Source: Kudoa neothunni (taxonomy: Eukaryota; Animalia; Cnidaria). Taken from it: DNA of 64,000 bases. Made by a program: the position numbers and the translations under genes. A model generated the notes under the pieces. It saw only the letters and a program-made list of their open reading frames with translations. It made no database searches and was not told where the DNA came from. This document shows positions 49,689 to 62,455 of this stretch, piece after piece; positions within the stretch are counted from its first letter, which is position 1; each line of letters starts with the position of its first letter. The stretch covers positions 7,675,466-7,739,465 of the forward strand of contig OZ199838.1 in the NCBI GenBank assembly GCA_964304625.1. Reading direction: 5' to 3'.

Positions 49689-50460
49689 CAGTAAGTAACC
49701 AGTTTCACGCAATTTTTTAAAAACCTATTTTATTGGAATATAGATTAATCATTGTTTATATAATACGTTTCTTATACTATTTCAATCGAAATGCTTAGTA
49801 AAATTGTTTTAAAAGGTTGCTAAATAACTTAACTGTAAGTCACGTGATTTATCAATTTCACGCACTTTTTTCGAGTACTTCTTGTTTATTATTTAGTCAG
49901 GTCCAATATTTAATACCAGCAAACTCCTAAACTACATCTATTGTCGAAGAGTGCAATATTACTGATTATTATGAAAGTCTCCGATCTAATGACCTGAAAA
50001 CTGTCATTGTATCGCATTTTAAAATATCTATTATCTCAACTTTTAATGACATCCTAGAGATTAAAAATAAAATAATCAAAACCTAAAAATGTTTTTAGAA
50101 TCTAAAATAGAAATTATTTGCATGCAGGACAATTTAATTTTGTTGATGAAGATGTATATGAGTGGATGGAGTGGACACGAAGAAAAAAGATTGTAGTAAG
50201 CGTCGTCACGATAATCTTCAAGAGAAATCAATTAGCCAAAGAAAATGTTTTACCTTCATGTGCAATTCGTTGAGGGTTTCGTTGTTTTAAAAATAAGGTC
50301 CAACATTTAAAAATCAAATTTTATTAATAATCTGTTGATGCTACGTCTGAAACTACTTCAGAGTAGATCAATCGAATCGGAACATTTTTTAAAAGATACT
50401 CTGAAAATTTTATTTACAATGTAAACTAAACTACCTTATTCCACCAATAGCTACAAGGGG
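49689..50460 (+). mobile_element. pogo/Tigger remnant
   Basis: TA-CAGTAAGTAACC terminus. Residual VDEDVYEWMEWTRRKK and IYNVN*TTLF. 3' boundary approximate. Confidence 0.65.
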
Positions 50461-50606
50461 AGTATTTCATTGATCGTTGGAAAATAGTTGTGTGCTGTTA
50501 ACACGTTTCTCGAGTTTTAATTACCTTTTAAAACGCAACTTAATAACTATTAAGTGTCAATTTTTCTGAAATACCTGCACGCGCATACGGGTGAAATTGG
50601 ACGTGA

Positions 50607-51098
50607 CCAGGATGTCCAAACCATGGGTTCTTGGGGGTTTTTTCATTTTAAGCCAAACCTTGAGTTTTTTGGTTTATTTGAGATCCATTTATAAATAATA
50701 AGTTTTAGAATTAGGTAGAATAATCATATTTATTGCTTTAATAATGGAGAGAATTAAAATTATTCGAAATTTTAAAAAGATATCACGATCGTCGGCAACG
50801 TGCTGTTTTCCGACCCCTGGATAATTGTTACTCAATCAATTGTTCTTATTATTCTGTGATTGTATTCGGGTATATCAACGCTGTCTTAAAATTTTATAGT
50901 TTTTCAATAACATAATCTGAAGTTATTGACGAGTACTATTTTAATTTATAAATGAAACTTTAAACGGAACTAGAAAAGCTTGGTATAATATGGGCTTCAA
51001 TCAATATTGGTTAAAAGTAGAAGATTTTAAGGATTGGCTTGACCAATATGCTAAGAACAGAAATTCCAGCTACTGCAAATGTTGAACGAATTTAGCCA
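50607..51098 (+). mobile_element. Possible hAT 5' remnant
   Basis: CAGGATGTCCAAACC start. FNQYWLKVEDFKDWL..YCKC resembles hAT N-terminal zinc fingers. Cut at a piggyBac TTAA. Confidence 0.45.
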
Positions 51099-51102
51099 TT
51101 AA

Positions 51103-54100
51103 CCCTTAAACACTAACCCTGGGCTCCTAGAGCCCAGGGATTAACTTACGTCAAACGCAGTATTATAATTTAATCTTAAATTAACTCTTCTACTATTAGC
51201 AGGTCACATTATATGATATATAAACAAAAATAGAATAGTTAAAGGTAGCATGATAGACTTTAGTATTATGCATAACAAAAAAACTTCGCAGGAATTATTA
51301 TATTGTTTCCTATTATTAGGATGTATTTATTCGTTGTCGGCTTTAATTTATTTGTATGCTAATCAACATTCCTATTAAGTTAGTTAGCAGAATTAATAAT
51401 TATTTATTTTAAATTCACTTCTACCATATGTTCCAACCGTTATAAATATTCACGTAGCATTCAATAAAAAATCACAGACAAGAAATACGTTTAAATTATT
51501 TTTGTTGAGTCACAGTTTAATCCTCCCGGGACCGAGCTCATGGAAAAAACGCGTGTTCCCAACGGGGTCTTTTTTGACGAATTAAGTAAGTTTTATAATT
51601 AATGCATTTAATATAACTAGATTAACCTGTTAGAACTTTATACAGCGAATACATCATCAATATAAATCACAATAATTATTCATCGGAAAATCACAAAAAT
51701 TTGAGTCAAAACAAAAAATTTTCATTAATATATACCGGACAACACACCATACTTTTATATTTAAAGTTATTCACAAGGAACCCCGACATTGAAACAATTT
51801 TTAAACAGAGAAAATACAGAAGATCATGCTTCTCCATTAAGCACATTTTCCGGAGAACTTCGCCGAGCTTAACACTAATCTGAGATTAAAGTGAGATTGT
51901 AATATCCTCCCAAAATAAAGAGCTTCCTTCATCGAAATTTATATTTAGGAGTAATACTGATTATTTGGTTTAAAATTATATATTGTAACTCTTATTTTAT
52001 CGGCATAATTGGCGTATTCTAGAGACTTGGATACTATGATTAATTGTAACGATGTTTGCGTAATAAAACCAAAGATGAAAATCCTCGGAAATAAAATTGT
52101 ATTGAAACAAAAATATATTTTTATTTAGAAGTTAATAATCTAATAAGAAAATTTCGATAAAACTAGAGCAATATTTAATGATATTGTTAGCATTCACTTA
52201 TATTGATTGCAGAAATAAAAATATTTTTTTCAAACTAGGAATAAACTCTATCATACATATAAACTATGTAAAGTTTATAAGATTATACAAATTTAACTCT
52301 ATTCGAGTTAGACATGCTAATAAACGACACCATTTTTAAGTACCTTTATTAGAAAATTTCCTTAATCGAAAAGGTAGTATATGAGCTTAATTAACTCAAT
52401 TATTTAGATAGTTGCTCAAAATTAATGTTAAAATTTTGTGGGGTATAAGGTAGTTCAGTTTATGTGCAAAAAATCGGCAAAAATAACAATCACTATCCAC
52501 ATTACATGTTTGACAATAGGCAACATTCTTTTTAAATCTGTGTGATGAGCAGATAGGTCTTTTACAATTATGACACTTTATGTTGGTTTTTCGATCAGTA
52601 TTTCTCGAGCAAAACACACACCTTGATCTTTTATATACAGGACTCAACCCTATCGAATCGGATGTATCATTATTATTTGTGTACTTGTTAAACAGTTCAA
52701 AACTGTATTTTATGTGTGATTGATAATTGGAACCCGCAGTTTGACGAAGTAACATATTCGACTGTACTAAATCGATACACAGATCTCTTAAGAAATGTTG
52801 TCTGCGACTTCGATCGTTAGTTCTCCAATCAGGGAATTTGGACGTCCATATGACAAGCATTGAGAGCTGATATATCCACCAAATCCATGAACATACGTAA
52901 AGGCTACCTTCCAGTTGATCTTGAACAACTGTACAACCCGTTCATTTTGTCACCGTTATCAACCGCTCTTTTAGGTTTATTGTAGTGGAGAATAATTGTT
53001 GGTCTCTTTCTCACACCCGCTTCTATTTCACCATCATTTATTTCACTGGATAATAAATAAACAGCCCGATTCTTTTTTGGGATATATGACATCATTGTTA
53101 TGTCATTATAGAAACAAAAAGTGGACGAAAGCTCAGGTTGATTTTTAAAATTCAGTAAATGTCGAGGAATGTACGTGTTATTGCGCCTAACAGTGCCCGT
53201 TAACGTAATTTTATTTTTTAACAAGAAAGTTGCTAGCAGATCCGTTGTAAAAAAGTTATTAGTGGTGACACCACGACCTGATCCAAAAAATGTTTCAATT
53301 AGTTCCTTGACAACCTTTTCCCCCTGTTTTGAATCTCTAATGCCTCCAATCTTACCTGTGTAGGGTTTAATATTTAATAAATACGACGTCTCGACATCCG
53401 CGGCTACCCATAACTTCATACTGTAGCGAGCGGGTTTATTTTTTATGTACACTCGAAACGGGCATCTTCCGCGAAATGACACCATTATTTCATCGACGGT
53501 TATGTGAGAACCAGGAGAATAGTTTTTTTTGAAAGAATCATTCATTTCATTAAAAATTTCCCGAATGGGTTCGAATTTATCATTAGATAAATTAAATCTA
53601 AATTGTCTTGTTTGTCTATCATCAGACCGTATTACTCTATATATATGAGAAAAACGATTTCTTGCCATGGCTACAGAAAAAAAATTGTTTGAATAGCGGG
53701 TTTGTATCCCAAATATTTTTTTAATGATAATTTTGAACCATTACATCGTCCAGAAGCAATTAATATCCCAATAAAAGATTTTAACTCTTCAATGGTTTTT
53801 TTTCATTTCCATATCTGCTATTGGAAACAAAAATTATTCGTGTAATTTAGAATCTTCTCTAGAATGGGTCAGGCATAAAAAGTTGAAAGCAATCAGAAAT
53901 GCTGTTAACATTTTTAGCATCACATGAAAGTCCCGAGTTACTTGTGACAATATTGTGAACTCTAGTTAGCGTTCTTGTTTGATTTGTAATATCCCACAGA
54001 ACTCCTGATTTCGACATTGATTTATTGTTCTCAGTTTGGCATTCATCATCATTTTGAGAATCAGAACATGGGTCTGAATCTTCCACAATATCCTCATAAT

Positions 54101-55960
54101 ATGAGGCATCTGATAGGTCACCTACAAATTCAAGGTCGTTGTCGGAGCTTTGATCAGTCTCTACATTATCATCAATTAGTTTATTCAGATCTTTGTAATA
54201 CGACATGACTAAATACAAATTTCATTTCAAATTTCCCAGATAATTTTACTTATCCGTTCCTAATGTTTACTTCTCGCGGTAATCCGACCCCAACTAATCC
54301 CTTAAGTTATTCGGAATTACTCGACAAGTGAGTGGTAAAATCAAAATGTTTCCTCCATACTTGGTTTCATAAATTTTAAATATTTCAGATGAATTTTATT
54401 TAATTTCACTACCTAAATTCTACAAATAAAATTATTATGTCCACGTTTAGTCAAGGTTTACTGATATGTGTTAACTTAAAAACAAAATTGAACATTACAT
54501 TTCATTAGATTACAAAAACTGTGAGACGTGTATAATCTTTTTTTAAACAGAAAAATCAAAAAATACGAAAAATGGGGTCACGAAATACCCCGGTTGGTCC
54601 CGGTAGGGTTAACACGTCACAATTATCGTACATTCTCGCATTAGGCGTAAGTTTAAGTTTTTTTAATAGTGATATTTGTTCTTCTATATCATTCTTTATT
54701 TAAAAAATACGTTCTAACAAAAAATCATCGACATTTTCGAATGTAAATTCCATCGCGCGGTAAATTCCGATTGAAGACGATAAACTACAATAAATTCCAC
54801 TGAACTGTAAATTAGCCGGGAATTTCTTTCCAAAAGAGGTTTATACAACTCTCTAGCCATTTCTTTCAGAAAATCACGTCTCAATTTTTTGAAATCGTTA
54901 AATATGTCTTTATACAGACAAAATGAATTTCTCAACGTCAAATCCAACATATTGTAAAGTGCCACCATGGGCCAGCGCCGATTAAATCTGCGGACCGGAA
55001 CGGAAACCAACATCTGATCCACGTATTTACTCCTCCTTCGAACCCATTATAATTCACTATTGTTTCAGGCTTTAGTTTATGTGTATCGTTGGTTATGTTG
55101 GTGTTGGTTGTTCCTGAGGGTATGAGAATCATTGCTCTTCTTTTTTTGTTGACATATGAAATGATCATATATTTATCAAAAAATGTAAACACAATGTTGA
55201 ATAAGGATTGATTTCTAGACGGAAGAAAACACCGCGGTAAATCTCTCTTATTGTGTCGAATTGTTTCAAGGTATGTCAGAAGTTTGTCTAACAACTTATT
55301 GGCTAATCTAAAGAAAGAGAAGGAATTATCTGCAACTATAATTCTTCCTGAGTTATACAAGGGAGCTGTGAGCGAAAGCACAATATTTTCACCAACACCA
55401 TAGTTTTGGCTAAGTTGAGCTCCGTTCTTTCCTAGATAGGGAGAAATGTTTACAACATATTTGTGGACTGGGTCGACAGCTAGGAAAAACTTTAGGCCAT
55501 ATTTCGCCGGCTTCGTCGGCATATATTTTCTAAATGAGCATCTTCCTCTAAACGAGACTAACTGCTCGTTAACAGTGACATTTTCACCAGGGAAAAAACA
55601 TATAGGTAGAGTTTGGATCCACATGTTCCATATGTTGCGAATTGGACAAAATTTATCCAATTCTCTTTTGTCAGATCTGGTGTTTGGATTATCAAAGTGA
55701 ATACATCGTGGAATTTGGCGAAAACGATTAAATGAAAGATTTTGCGATACATCTCTCTCCCTTCCTTTAATCTAAACATTTCTAAAAGAGGTTGCTCTCT
55801 GTCTTTGTAGACGGCCGTCAAAATCATTCCATAAATCAGAAAAGTGTAATTTCCCGTGAACGTTTGCTTGTTTTATTATTTCCTGAAAAGTTTCATTCAT
55901 GAAGAATATAGAAAACAGTCCAACACGTTTTTAAGGTTAAAATGTAGAATAATGGCCGTA
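51103..55960 (-). mobile_element. Older piggyBac (terminus at 51103, transposase fragments 54714-55830), probably the host of 51521-54608
   Basis: TTAA-CCCTTAAA..CCCTGGGCTC terminus. ORFs 54938 (EQLVSFRGRC, ADNSF) and 54714 (RRWP). Linking the two halves is inference. Confidence 0.6.
51521..54608 (-). mobile_element. piggyBac, full length, frameshifted transposase (52396-54218)
   Basis: TTAA on both sides. TIR (C/T)CCT(A/C)CCGGGACC. TVDEIM, NNFFT, AVDNGD and CVFC..CHNC..ICSSH Cys-rich tail. Confidence 0.93.
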
Positions 55961-56354
55961 ATCCAAATCAGCGACCACGATAAAAGTAGAACCACCTGTT
56001 GATTATTCTAATTTTTTGTATTTATCATTGTTTCACCACCAGTAGGTTATTTTCGGCACTGTATTTGTTATCGATAATAGTTTTTGCAATATATTCTTTA
56101 AATAACTGCTAGCCCCTCGTAGTTATTTCCACAGGTCATACCATTTAATCGATGGAGTAAAGCATGCTTTGTTTTATCCTAAAGTTTGAGTGTGACAATT
56201 ATGATTTTTTATTGATTGTCATATTTCATCGTTGGCGATCGCCTATTATTAATTCTGTCTATAAGAATTAGAAATTAATATTATCTGCAAGCATTAGATG
56301 TTACATTGTATCAAATGCATAACGTTAACATCCCAAACAATTTATTGTAATTAA

Positions 56355-57850
56355 CCCTCCGGAGCACGCGTGGGGTCTAAAAGACCCCACGAGGTTTTAA
56401 TATCGCTGTACTATTTTTTTAGTTTAAGCTAGTGACTCGTAGTTAATTTTATTCGCTTATTTTTCAACAAAAATTATAGAGATTTATCAGATATGGGGTT
56501 TGAAATTTTTTTACATTGTAATAGCAGTGATACGTTTTCGTCGAATTCGGAGACATAGAGCTCTGACTCCTATTTGGATAACATACTATCAGAAAACAAT
56601 TATATATCTGATTCTGATATGTCAAAAGACATTAGCGATGATGAATTGATTGTTGACCGTTCAAATATTAATAAGGAAACATTACATGGAAAGAATTATG
56701 AATGGTCGCCTAATCCAGTCGGTTTGTTTGGCAAAAAAAGAAAACATGATATTATTCAAGAAAAACATCAAATCAATCTTCCTGATAATGTTAATATGGA
56801 GTCTGAGATATGAGCTTATTTATTACAGACGAAATACTGTACGACATACTACATTTTACAAATGACCAACTAAAAAAATACAAACTGATTTCAAACGAAA
56901 AAGAGATTGCGTTGAATTTGATTTATGCGAATTAAAAGCGTTTATAGGTTTATATTATTTTCTTGGTGTAAAAAAAAGCTAATTTAACCAAGATGAATGA
57001 ACTCTGGGCAGATGATATCTTGGGATTTTCCATTTGCAAAAAAGAATTCTACCAAAATAGATTTAAGTTGCTGAAACTTGGTATCACTGCATGTGGTACT
57101 ATTAGAAAAAATAAAAAGGAGATTCCTTCGGAATTTCTATCATCGAAGACAAAAGAGGTATATTCATCCATGTTTGGCTTTGCCAAAGATTTGACATTGC
57201 TGTCATACACTTCGAAAAAAAACAAACCTGTCATTTTATTGAGTTCTTTTCGCTATAAACCAATAATCAATTCAAATCATCCCCAGAAACCTCCAGAAAT
57301 GATTTCATTTTATAATTCCACCAAGAGAGGTGTAGACACAATCGACCAAATGTGCGCCAATTATTCTACCTAACGAACCACCAGAAGGTGGCCAGCAGTA
57401 ATATTTCATGCGCTCCTAGATGTAGTTTCAATAAATTTATATGTAATTTATTGTTTAAATACGAAGAAAAATATTCGGAGAAAAGAATTCTTAAAATCGT
57501 CAACATTACAATTGCTAGAGCAAAAAACGAATCGCAAAAGTACAAATCAATTTATGCCTTAATAATATTAATGTAGATGAGGCAAAAATAAAAGAATGTG
57601 ACCAAATATCTACTGCTGCAGGTAGGTGTCATATACGTGTTAAGTAAAATGATCGTAAAACGCCATCAAAATACAATGTTTTTTGGGGAAATATTTACAA
57701 AAAACATTCTAAAACTATATGCGACAACTGTTTTGTTAAACGATAATTATTCTATTGCATAAAACGTATTATTTTCATTATTTTCTTCGTGGGGTATTTT
57801 AGACCCCATGCGTGCTCTCGCGTAGTAATTTTTGCGCGTGCTCCAAAGGG
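56355..57850 (+). mobile_element. piggyBac, internally deleted
   Basis: TTAA TSD. TIR CCCT..GGAGCACGCG. Acidic N-terminus, GTIRKNK, YNSTKRGVDTID. Confidence 0.93.
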
Positions 57851-57859
57851 TTAAAACAC

Positions 57860-58912
57860 TCATTCCTACCATTAAATGTTCAACATATTTCATGCTAACT
57901 TGTTATAAAAAATTCAGGATTAATCTACGAATCAATTATAATCTTTAATCGGAAAATGTGGCCATTATTCTATATTTTAACCGTTATTAACTCTTTGTGT
58001 GCAATAAGCCGTTGGCCCAAGACGAGGATTCATAATATTCTCTGTAGTGACGTCTATATAATGATATAATAACTTGATATTATGATCGGCCGTCGCCGCG
58101 GGACGGGATTATTAGTTTGCGAATTGTGGTTTTAACGCGTGCCACTGCTTCATTACATTCTCCTTCAGCATTTTTGATGGAGGTGGCTCATTAAATGTCT
58201 AAAATATGCCGCTTTTGCTCGTCGTAGAATCCACAGGATGTTCGCAATCTGATGTATCATCGGATTCTTCAGAATATTCAAGAACGGTTTCATCAATGTC
58301 GCTACTTAAAGGTTGATATTCATCGCTAAAATCCACAGATGGTGCCATGATTATCTCAGTGTGCTCAGCAAACGATAAAATTGGTGTATATTTCGCGTTG
58401 ACTCTCATATACGATCCTAAGGCTTAAATTATCTATAGCTTATTTTGTAGGGGGATTATTTATTGCTAGAACACGCGGGTGATATGTTAATTTTGTTTGT
58501 TTTTAGTTAATAAACATCGTCCCTACGGTATATATTTAAGCGATGGTTTACGACATGTTGCGATTCACGCACTTTATCGAATTATTGCGGATTATATTGA
58601 TTAATAACTACTGAATCTCTCAGTATTTATTGGGCAGATTTTTTTAGAAATTTCCTAATCATCTTATAATAATTTTCTACATACATTAAATCAAAAAATC
58701 TGGGGTCTTTTTTAACCCAAAGCCCGTTGGAAGATAAAAATTTTGTTCGATAATAAATAATCAATACTCCGCGTGAAATTTTTTATAAATCTATTTATTT
58801 AAATAATTTAGGAGGATAGGCGAAATTTTAAGTATCCCAGATAATTATTAAATATTCTATGGACAAATTAAAATCGCCTTGAGGTCTAAAAGACCCCAAG
58901 CCTATTAGAGGG
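57860..58912 (-). mobile_element. piggyBac 5' fragment
   Basis: GGG-TTAA terminus at 58912, subterminal palindromes, acidic N-terminal ORF 58199..58408 ending SKSGIF. Confidence 0.75.
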
Positions 58913-59002
58913 TTAAAATATTATTTTTGTAATAATTGTATTTTTCGTAAATAGAATAGTGTTTATTATCACTTTTCCAAAATATAAATGACCTATAGCA
59001 GT

Positions 59003-60183
59003 TGTAACGACGTCACGTCACCCATCAATAATAACCTCATTATTTACGGTAGTAGTCGTTGTTGTCACTTTACTACAATGGTGTCAGAGGAGAAAAAAGC
59101 TGATTTTATCGACTTCAATCAGGATGTTGAATAACAATTACTCGAGATTAGATGGCTTGCCATAAAGAAAGCATGGAACGAGGCGCAACATTACGCTCAT
59201 TTATTATTGTGCCTACCACGTTCCATCCGCACATTTATTATGCCACCGGATTGTCTGGACATTACAAGTAAGAAAGCACTTATCGAAGAGAATGTAAAAG
59301 GAGGTTATAGTTCAGTTCCTCCCCCCTTCGGCGTCCGCCGGTTACCCGCCATCGGTACTAATCGGGGTTCCGGCTGTTTACATTTTCCGGAGTATGCTTC
59401 CTGCAATCTCCAATTACGAAAATTTAGATAACCTAAATTTTGAAGACCTATGTTACTACAAGGATCATCCTGAAGATTTAATTATTTTTTTCCAGCAACT
59501 TGACTTGCTACCGACATCAATGGTTTGTTCCTGTGGAGATCAAATTAAATTTTCTCCAAGGAACAGTTAAACATATTTATATTTTGTAGATTTTGTTTTA
59601 TTGTAAAAATCTATATAATTATGTCTTTTTCCAATCGTCGATGAATAAATATCTTTAGTAAATTACGGCATTGTTAAGTTTATTTTAATTAGTAGTAAGT
59701 GTTAACCTATTATTTTTTAGAATGATTATATATATATATATATTTATCAAATAATTAATGTTTTTGTATAAAATAACAAAATCTTCCGAAAATTAAGTTA
59801 AAAGAGATTATTTTACATTAACATAGTCTCATTAGGATACAATTAAAAAAGAAATGGCATATGTAATTTTTATCCGTTTAAAAACTATTAAAATTATATT
59901 AAGATACAAATATCATGAGTCGACATATTATATTCTTATGTACATAAATTGACACCTTATTTTATTATTTTTTAACATTTAAAATAATACATATTATATT
60001 TTTTTAATCGATATATTTTGTTTAATTACGTCTAACTAAAGTAAACTAGATTTTATTGGGTTTATATGTTATGAAACGTGACCCGATTAGTACCGATGGT
60101 GGGTAACCGGCGGACGCCGAAGGGGGAACTGAACTTTAACCGTAAAAGGATACTCGAGGAAGTTACATAATCCTGATCAATTA
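59003..60183 (+). mobile_element. LTR retrotransposon 5' remnant: 75-bp LTR, PBS and gag-like fragment (interrupted by Merlin)
   Basis: TGTAA...CTACA (59003-59077), then A and TGGTGTCAGAGGAG (PBS-like, resembles the complement of a tRNA-Leu 3' end). The downstream frame is only weakly gag-like. Confidence 0.6.
59303..60141 (+). mobile_element. Merlin internal-deletion derivative
   Basis: ~60-bp GC-rich TIRs GGTTA(T/A)AGTTCAGTTCC..CGGCGTCCGCCGGTTACCC and 9-bp TSD GTAAAAGGA. Residual MLPAIS..FQQLDLLPTSMVCSCG N-terminus. Confidence 0.9.
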
Positions 60184-60187
60184 TTAA

Positions 60188-62397
60188 CCCTTAAAGATCA
60201 ACCCTGGGCTCCACGAGCCCATATACACTAACCGGATTAATTATAGTATTAATGTGTTAATTAATGCATTAATTCGTGGTCTCTCTTAAAGCTAGCTGTG
60301 TTGTATAATAACGCATTGATAAAAAACACAATAAGAATAAATATTCTACTAATTTTTTGAGATACAATTAAAACAAGTAATGTTCCTCGCGGAATGCTCG
60401 TTACATACACTTTTTTTGCAAAGGGAACACTTGCTTATTCCTACGAATTACGTGGCTTGGACAAAAGTGACATCGCTTTCGTCTGTTATCTTCGCAGATT
60501 TGGATTTGGTTTGATACATTATTGGAAAGTTGATATCCAATAATTTCCATCGAGCGTTTCAAAGCGGGTCGGGTAGAAATTAATGGATTTTTGAATCTTC
60601 TTTCTTGTTCACCTTTTATTAACGAATAAGACTAATCCAATAGAAATCTTTGTCTTCTACCAGTTTTATCAGTCCTCATGTAGGTAGGATTTCTATTTAT
60701 GAAAATTACATATGCGTTGAATGCAGCCACATCTAATAATTGGCAAAACACCGCGAATGGCCAACGTCGACACTTTCTCTTGCAAGAATATGTTGAAACA
60801 CATTGATCTAATGTGTTAACGCCGCATTTTTTTAATGTAGTCTAAGATTGCCTGATTCTTAGCATGGTATTCTTTACTTACATTTTGAGTGCGGTGTTCT
60901 GATGAAAGGATAACCACTGCCTTATTTTTACGCGGAACATACGAAATAAGGGTGAATACTTTGTAAAAACCAAATAGCGATGAAAACATCTTTCTTGATC
61001 TATGCGCCAAAAATTCTGGGGGTATAAAGTTCTGCATTTACGCACAGTTCCAAGAATTGATGTTTTCCTTTCATACAAATATTCAGCCAGTTTCCACGAA
61101 GTAAAATAATTGTCGAAGGTGATACTACGACCCGCATCCAAAAGATGATGTGTTAAATTTACCACAACATTAAAAGGTAGGTTGGACTCACGGTAACTGT
61201 CAATTTTACCCAAATATGGAATTATGTTTGAAACATAAAATGTGTCGCTGTCGCAAACAATCCCGAATTTTAAACCGTATTTCGATGGTTTTTTGGGCAT
61301 GTGCACTAAAAATGAAACTCGCCCCCGAAAAGGATACAGCTGTTCATCAACAGTTAAATTAGGACCTAAGATATAGCTAGTTCTACAGATGTCAGTAAAT
61401 TCATCGAATATTTTTTGTTATCGGTGAAAACTTATCTTGCGAGCTTGGATTGTTGTTTCTGGTCCACTACTCATCAAAACGCAATACACGTAGGATTTTT
61501 TTTGAATCTATCCCGACTCATCGTTGCGCGAAATAAGGGTCTCCCATGAATTTCATCCCATAAAATTTTCGTACTTTCTAAATTGGATTTGTAGGCACCA
61601 GCTAACAACAATAATCCTAAAAAAGCTTTTAGTTCAATCAGATCTAGATGTTTCCATTTATTCCCCATCTCATCGATGCCTTTGTGATTGGTGTATAACA
61701 TGATTTCTTCCATCATTTGTTTAGTTATGAAATGATTGAAGCAATCAAGTGGCGTCATCGAATCGAAAGAATCAATTGGCTTCCCTTGTACAATACTGCG
61801 GTCTATTATATTATGACAGGAAGTTCGTCCAGAAGTGGGCTGGGAAGTCCAAATAATAGATGTATCTTTCGACAAATAATTATTAAGGGAATCTCGAGTG
61901 TTACAGTCATGTGAAACAATTTGTGAAGAAGAATCTTGATTGAATACGTTTAGTTGTCCCTTAGATGAATATATGAATAATGAAATTAAGATTTTATATT
62001 TTTTCAATAAACCAACCGTCAAAATCATGTAGTAAACTTTCGCTTAATTCGTTATCATCCTTCAAGAAATTTTTTAGCTCGTTTGAAGATATACTTTCAG
62101 TGTCAGATGATATGTCAGTAAATAAACGGGAATCTTCCATTATAACTGTTTGGTGCAAATTTGGGATCAAATTTTGTTATATACAAATATAACATGGGCT
62201 TAATATACATCCCGAAAGATGAAAAAAGGTCTTAAAACCATCAAAAAAATTTTTTCCCATGAATAACACCAATTGATAGATAATTAATTTTTATGAATTT
62301 ACGTGAAATTTGAACCGAAAAAAAATTGGTCTAACCTAAGTAATTGACGATGTATCACGTGGGTGGGCTCGTGGAGCCCAGGGTTGTCCTTTAAGGG
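60188..62397 (-). mobile_element. piggyBac, full length, frameshifted transposase
   Basis: TTAA TSD. 34-bp TIR CCCTTAAAG..CAACCCTGGGCTCCACGAGCCCA. TVDEQL, FDNYFTS, RRWP. Confidence 0.95.
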
Positions 62398-62401
62398 TTA
62401 A

Positions 62402-62453
62402 CCTCCTAACGAAGTTAGGGTCTTTTGGACCCCCAAACCGATATTAAAGGAGG
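62402..62453. mobile_element. Short piggyBac-like end abutting the previous element at a shared TTAA
   Basis: CCTCCTAACGA plus palindrome GGGTCTTTTGGACCC, cut off by a Tigger insertion. Confidence 0.5.
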
Positions 62454-62455
62454 TA

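Noticed and set aside
792-62192. Many short antisense or alternative-frame ORFs in the track (e.g. 25945, 29504, 44936, 49014)
   Set aside because: They are shadows of real coding sequence on the other strand or frame and carry no motifs of their own.
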